Shown here piece after piece: positions 60,748-64,000 of a DNA stretch of 64,000 nt. The notes under the pieces were generated by a model that was not told the DNA's origin, did not search any database, and saw nothing but the letters and a program-made list of their open reading frames with translations. This DNA comes from Selaginella moellendorffii (lineage: Eukaryota > Plantae > Lycopodiophyta), in NCBI RefSeq assembly GCF_000143415.4, contig NW_003314340.1, positions 124,001-188,000 on the forward strand, read 5' to 3'. Position 1 is the first letter of the stretch, and each line of letters starts with the position of its first letter. The translations under genes and the position numbers were made by a program.

Positions 60748-61426
60748 ATGGAGGCGCTGATCAATGAGTTTGAGGACATGTGTAAGAATGCAGCAGCTGT
60801 TCAGGAGGAGGTCTTGGGGACCATTGTTGAGCACAATGCTTCTTGCGAGTTCCTCCAGAGCTACAATGTGACCGATGCAGATTCATTCAAAGCTCATGTC
60901 CCCGTTGTGGGCTATGAAGACATTGCTGTGAAGATCCACCGCATGACAGATGGAGATCCAGCCTCCATCCTGTGCAAAGACCCCGTCCTTGCGTTCATCT
61001 CGAGGTTTGATAGCCATATTTGTTTGCTTAGCTCCAATACAACATATGTTTTATGTAGCTCCGGAACAACCACTGAGAAGCGCAAGGCTTTTCCGCTTAC
61101 CACAAAGTCCTGTGATGTGAAAAACCATGCACTGTACAAGATTGGAGCGGCTTATATAGAGAGGTATATCAAGCCAAGCCAACAAGATTTTATAATCGGC
61201 TTAACCTCTGATGATTTGCTCTTGTGTGTTTGAGCAGGGATTTTCCAGTCGGTTGTTTTCCAACAGCCTTGGCTTTCATGCATGCTCTCCCTTGCGGGAC
61301 ACTCTCCAAATCAGGGATCCCGATCATGCCCGTTTCTAACTTCGGTTTCACAAGCTAGGCTTACAACGAGAGGCCGAGCAGGAGTACGAGTCCAGACGAG
61401 GTTATCTGGGGTCCTTGGTGGGAGTC
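60748..61426 (+). pseudogene. GH3: Second GH3 copy (5' part) interrupted by an LTR retrotransposon
   Basis: Near-identical to 55316-55994; similarity stops at GGGAGTC, where TGTTAG begins. Confidence 0.9.
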
Positions 61427-63608
61427 TGTTAGGTGCCAGCTTTGACTACGTGGTCAACGTCGGTCAAAGGGAGGCTCAAGGGTATATTAAGGCATGTTAG
61501 GGTAAAAGACTTAACCTACCCTAGGGCTCACAGTGGAGCGGCAGCGTAGTGGAGCTTTTGAGGTAGCTCGGGGTGGTTGGGTGGTGAGGAACCTCAAGAG
61601 GTGGCATAGCATAGTCTAGGGCAACTAGATTTTTGTCTTTTTGCGCCGGATCATAACATTGGTATCAGAGAAGTTGGTTGCGATGGCCGACCAAGCTGAA
61701 CGCTGGAATCCTATCGTCGATGGTGGTGCCGACGATGGTGCCGACGAAGCTGTGGAGATTTGGACCATTCAAGATGTGGTTCATGAGCTGCGAGCCCTTA
61801 ATAAAAATCAGCAAGAGATGCAAGACGAGATGCATGGCATGATGGATACCATGCGTGGGCGTGTTGAGGCATTCGAGGCTGGACGGGGTAGTGCTCCAAG
61901 TAAGCCTTCTTTGGTAGATCGACTCAAGATTCCAACTTTTTCCGGTGATGGTGGTGTGGACGAGTGTCTCGCTTGGCTAGCCAATGTGAAGAAGTTCTTG
62001 GCTGCTAGAGGAACTCCAGATGCAGAGGCTTTAGTGGCTATTCCGATGGTTTTGCGTGATGCGGGTCTTCGATGGTGGAATTGGCTTGAGGAGTCCCGTG
62101 TTGCGGATAAGAAACCACCAGTGTCTACCATGGATGAGTTTGAGGCTGCTTTCCATTTACGTTTTGCCCCTCATTACGATGTGGAGAATGCTCGTACAGA
62201 ACTTTGCCATTTCCAACAAGGGAAAATGACACTCGGGGATTATATTGAGAAGCTTACTCGCTTGATTAGTCGTGTTCCAACGAAGGATCCAAATCAGAAC
62301 AAGTCCTACTTCATTGATGGCCTACATAGTGAGAGCATGCAGCAACACTTGCGTCATTCTCAGCCTACAAAGAGTTTGGAGGAGCTCTTTGATGCGGCTC
62401 GTCAACTTGACAATGACAAGCACAAGTCTCGCAAGCATTCGCGGAGTCCTTCTGTTGAGAATCGTCGTGATGATCGCCGTGGACACAAGGATGGGAACAA
62501 GCATCACAAGTTGAAGTCGGTGGTGACAACTTCAGATGCAAAGGGGTCCAAGAAGCAGAAGTTCTTTGTGAAGAATTATAGACAAGGTTGTCATCATTGC
62601 GGCGAACTTGGACACTATAAGGCTAATTGTCCACAGTTGAAGAACAAGCAGCAGGACAAGAAGAATGGCCAATCATCTTCTCACGGTAAGTCAGATACTA
62701 AAAAGTTGCAAGCTTTACAACGTGAGGATGACGAGAACGACCATTCCGGTCGGAGGAAGAGACTTTCGATCGTTGTTCGTCAACTCAACTGTGTGTGGAA
62801 CAAGATGGAGCTCGAGGATACGCGTGACTCAGCTTTAATGCTGGAGGGCGTGTTCCGTGGCGATCCAGTGCGGATTTTACTGGATAGTGGGAGCGATGAC
62901 AACTTTGTTTCGGCAAAGTTTGTTGCGGAGCATCGCCTGAACACACGTGGAGTTCTTCCATACACAGTGGAAGGTGCAGCTACCTCTACTTAGCATTTTG
63001 ATGCTTGTGTCGAGGGGCTGGAAGTGTTGGTTGGCAAAACCACACTTGTGGAGACTTTTTATCTTGCGGATATCCATCGTGTGGATCTCATTCTTGGAAT
63101 GCCATGGTTGGTGAAGGTGGATCCAGAGATAAAGTGGAGCATTAAGCGTATCTCATTGGAGTATGGTGGCATTAAAGATGTGTGGTTTGGCGAGGGCGTT
63201 CAACCACCAGTTGTTATGCTCTCTGCTACATCTTTGAAGCGGGCTTGTCGTAATGGAAAAGCACTTTCAAGTTACTTGTTGTTTGTTCATGACTTGGGGG
63301 ACCAAGGCACGTGTGGGGGAGAAGCAGCAGTACAAGATGTACTTGATGAGTTTTCTGATGTTTTTCCATCTGAACTTCCTCATGGATTGCCTCCATTACG
63401 AGGTGTGGAGCATGGGATTACATTGGAGCCGGGGACGCGGCCAATTTACTGGCGTCCATTTCAGTTAAGTTATGCGGAGGAGCAAGAAGTTCAACGACAA
63501 GTCAAGGAGTTACTTGAGTTTGGATTCATTCAGCCAAGTAAGTCTCTATTTGGTGCTCCGGTCTTGCTTGTGAAGAAGAAGGACGGTTCAATGCGAATGT
63601 GTATTGAC
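61427..63608 (+). mobile_element. Ty3/gypsy LTR retrotransposon 5' part (LTR, gag, protease, RT N-terminus)
   Basis: LTR TGTTAG..ATAACA 61427-61658 and iMet PBS TGGTATCAGAG at 61660. gag from ATG 61683 has CHHCGELGHYKANC; also LLDSGS and [19 protein letters not shown]. In-frame TAG at 62991-62993. Confidence 0.92.
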
Positions 63609-64000
63609 TGTCAAGACCCCTGACAAGATCAAGACTGGAAAATGCAAAAAGACAAAGAGAAAAGTTAGTGGAAACAAAGAAGAGGCCTTAGACTGGCGTT
63701 GATTTAGATTGTGGAGAAATGGAACAAGGCTAACCTATATATACTATAGGTTGATGAAGCTCCACCACTCTTGGATTGAGGACGGCCTAAATATAGCTGA
63801 GGTCGAGGAGGCGCCACATCATCATCAGGAATGTGGTTCGAGACTCAGGAATCGGGAAGTGTCTCGAGAGTCAGGAATAGGGAAGTGTCTCGAGAGTCAG
63901 GAATAGGGAAGTGTCTCGAGAGTCAGGAATAGGGAAGTGTCTCGAGAGTCAGGAATGTGGTTTGCAGGTCAGGAATCCGGCGAGAGTCAAGAATGTGGCA
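63609..64000. mobile_element. Probable nested LTR inserted into RT, containing a 26-bp tandem repeat
   Basis: RT homology breaks after ..CID at TGTCAAGACCCC. GGAAGTGTCTCGAGAGTCAGGAATAG occurs ~4 times at 63856-63956. The element runs off the window. Confidence 0.7.

Noticed and set aside
62991-62993. Programmed gag-pol readthrough
   Set aside because: The stop lies inside the protease domain, after LLDSGS, so a nonsense mutation is more likely.

Overview
Eukaryotic plant DNA, most likely the lycophyte Selaginella (inferred from ~45-70 nt introns, tight gene packing and PLS-type PPR sequence). The left ~39 kb is almost all transposons. It opens with a Crinkler-like REase+kinase ORF that runs off the left edge and is missing from the ORF track. 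At that ORF's start sits an 8.6-kb Sola-like DNA transposon (24-bp TIRs, GCAT TSD) carrying a ParB/Srx-like second gene and at least 12 copies of a 22-bp palindrome. Next come an old short-LTR Ty3/gypsy element, a 100-N gap, a Cassandra-like 5S-containing LTR in an inverted arrangement, and decayed LINEs with a solo LTR. Then comes a young chromovirus whose integrase is split by two GT-AG intron-like inserts, followed by a copia remnant. The right ~24 kb is gene-dense: two 10-Cys hevein-like peptides, a UGT, an ARM protein, a cytochrome-b5-fused fatty acid 2-hydroxylase, DusA, S-formylglutathione hydrolase, a flavin amine oxidase, Ycf23, a GH3 with a premature stop, a class I chitinase and a PPR fragment. 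It ends with a partial ycf23-GH3 duplication hit by nested LTR elements. Family calls come from motif recognition only; no searches were run.
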